NCBI GenBank assembly: GCA_950072105.1
Contig: CATMOE010000035.1
Location: 1 to 37,978, forward strand
From: an uncultured Dehalococcoidia bacterium
GTDB lineage: Bacteria > Chloroflexota > Dehalococcoidia > Lucifugimonadales > UBA3495
Reading direction: 5' to 3'
Length of the DNA stretch: 37,978 nucleotides
Below are positions 36,129 to 37,978 of this stretch, in pieces. The position numbers and the translations under genes are program-made. Each line of letters opens with the position of its first letter. The stretch's first letter is position 1. The notes under the pieces were generated by a model. It worked only from the letters and a program-made list of their open reading frames with translations, was not told the origin of the DNA and ran no database searches.

Positions 36129-37978
36129 GTGTGCGGCATAGTTGGTTATGTGGGGGACCGCGAAGCCTGGCCGATCATTCTTGAGGGATTGCAGCGGCTA
36201 GAATACCGCGGCTATGACAGCGCCGGTATCGCCATTGTCGATCAATCGGGCCAGCTCCAGTTCCGAAAGACCGTAGGGAAAGTTAACGGCCTCACGTCTT
36301 CCGGGCAGGAAGACGTGCCTCAAGGCTGCCTGGGCCTGGGGCACACCCGTTGGGCGACCCATGGTAAGCCCACTTACGCTAACGCGCATCCACACACCGA
36401 CTGCCACCAGCGCATCGCCGTGGTCCATAACGGCATCGTCGAAAACTTCCTTGCTTTGAAGCAAGAATTGTTGTCTAACGGCCACAAGTTTGTATCCGAG
36501 ACCGACACCGAAGTAATCACCCATCTCATTGAAGAGGGGATCGACCAGGGAAACAGCTTTGAAGATGCCTTCCTTCGCATGGGTAGGATAGTCGAAGGCT
36601 CCCAGACTGTCACCGCGACATTCCTGGGGGAAGCCGGTAAGATTTGCGCCTTGCGCTTGGGCCATGCGGGCGGCATCGTGGTTGCCCATAGGGACGGCCA
36701 AGGCATCATTGGCAGCGACCTGCCCGCCATGCTGCCTCTGCTGCGCCAAGAACCCCAGGCCGGTCAAGTAGGCTTCCTAGATTCGGGGGAAATGGCCTCG
36801 GTAACCACCGAAGGGGTCGTTTACCGGGACATCGACGGCAAGGAGATCGACAAGCAACTGCGTTCGGTTTCACCTGTAGACGTGCAGATCGACAAGGGCG
36901 GCTACCGGCACTTCATGCTTAAAGAGATCATGGAGCAGCCACAGGCCGTGGCCAGCGTTCTGCGGAGCCGGGTAGACTTCCAGGAAGGCCTGATCGACTT
37001 GCCCGAACTTGGCTATTCGCTGCAAGAGTTAAAGGATATTAAGAGGGTCATCCTGATCGGTTGTGGAACAAGCCTGCACGCCGCCCAGGTGGGACGATAT
37101 CTATTTGAACAGTTGGCGGGTCTACCCGCCGAGGCCGAGGCCGCCTCGGAGTTTCGATACAGGGATCCGATTATCGATAGCGATACGCTGGTTGTAGCCA
37201 TCGCCCAGTCCGGTGAAACCGCGGATACTGTGGCGGCGATGCAGATGGTGCGCGAGAAAGGCGGTAGGCTGGTTACCATTTGCAACGTCGAGGGGAGTCA
37301 AACTACCCGCCTGGCTGAGGCGACTCTGTACATGGGTTCAGGTACCGAGATTGGCGTAGCCTCAACGAAGACCTATACCGCCGCTCTGACGTTGCTCAGC
37401 TTGTTCGCCGGCTACCTGGGGCAGTCCAGGGGTTTTCTATCCAGCGAGGACACGAGGCGGTTGGTGGACCAACTGGCGAAGTGCCCCCGGTTAATGGGGG
37501 ATATGCTGGCCGACACTTCGGTCTATCAACGGTTGGCCCGCCGGTTCTCGTCGTACAACTACTTTCTCTTTCTGGGACGTGGAATCAATGCCCCCATCGC
37601 CTTGGAGGGAGCACTGAAGCTAAAAGAAATCAGCTACATCCACGCCGAAGGCTATCCCGCCGGTGAGATGAAGCACGGCCCTATAGCATTGATAGATCAC
37701 GAAATGGCGACCTTGGCGTTAGCTCCGAACGGTAGCCTCTACGATAAGATGGTGAACAATATCCTGGAAGTCAAAGCTAGGGATGGCGTGGTTGTGGCGG
37801 TAGTTACCGAAGGCAACCAAGAGCTCGTGGATCAGGTGGACGAATTGTTGTTCATACCTGAGATCGACGAGCTCTTGACCCCGATCCTGGCCACGGTGCC
37901 CCTGCAATTGCTGGCTTACCACATCGCGGTGCTGCGAGGCTGCGACGTGGATCAGCCCCGGAACTTAGCCAAGTCCGT
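36129..37978 (+). CDS. glmS: Glutamine-fructose-6-phosphate transaminase, 3' end cut by window edge
   Basis: GTG-CGIVGY..LEYRGYDSAG, GHTRWATHG, HFMLKEI, EGALKLKEISYIHAE, ends DQPRNLAKSV in the same frame; absent from the ORF track because the stop is outside the window. Confidence 0.96.
   Translation, partial: MCGIVGYVGDREAWPIILEGLQRLEYRGYDSAGIAIVDQSGQLQFRKTVGKVNGLTSSGQEDVPQGCLGLGHTRWATHGKPTYANAHPHTDCHQRIAVVHNGIVENFLALKQELLSNGHKFVSETDTEVITHLIEEGIDQGNSFEDAFLRMGRIVEGSQTVTATFLGEAGKICALRLGHAGGIVVAHRDGQGIIGSDLPAMLPLLRQEPQAGQVGFLDSGEMASVTTEGVVYRDIDGKEIDKQLRSVSPVDVQIDKGGYRHFMLKEIMEQPQAVASVLRSRVDFQEGLIDLPELGYSLQELKDIKRVILIGCGTSLHAAQVGRYLFEQLAGLPAEAEAASEFRYRDPIIDSDTLVVAIAQSGETADTVAAMQMVREKGGRLVTICNVEGSQTTRLAEATLYMGSGTEIGVASTKTYTAALTLLSLFAGYLGQSRGFLSSEDTRRLVDQLAKCPRLMGDMLADTSVYQRLARRFSSYNYFLFLGRGINAPIALEGALKLKEISYIHAEGYPAGEMKHGPIALIDHEMATLALAPNGSLYDKMVNNILEVKARDGVVVAVVTEGNQELVDQVDELLFIPEIDELLTPILATVPLQLLAYHIAVLRGCDVDQPRNLAKS

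Overview
Gene-dense, GC-rich bacterial chromosome segment. Gene content and protein style (LLM flavin monooxygenase, MmgE/PrpD, cox subunits, sat-aprBA, yceD-rpmF-fabD-nusB-acpP, udg-rnj-ftsK) suggest Chloroflexota/Dehalococcoidia, probably SAR202-like; this is inference. In order: atypical SDR, PAS protein, FAH, CMD-like protein, methyltransferase, nadE, two moeA genes, sat-aprB-aprA, a methylmalonyl-CoA mutase cluster interrupted by a DUF4258/DUF2283 toxin-antitoxin pair with a broken toxin, housekeeping genes, an aquaglyceroporin, holA, a ~5 kb catabolic block bracketed by inverted REP-like elements, a hypothetical protein and a 3'-truncated glmS. No tRNA, rRNA, CRISPR array or transposase was seen. 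Best leads: a kissing-loop/switch-like RNA in the glmS leader that is not the glmS ribozyme, an AprB lacking the conserved Trp, a family-4 UDG ending in a beta-clamp motif, the REP-bracketed cassette, and apparent non-canonical start codons.
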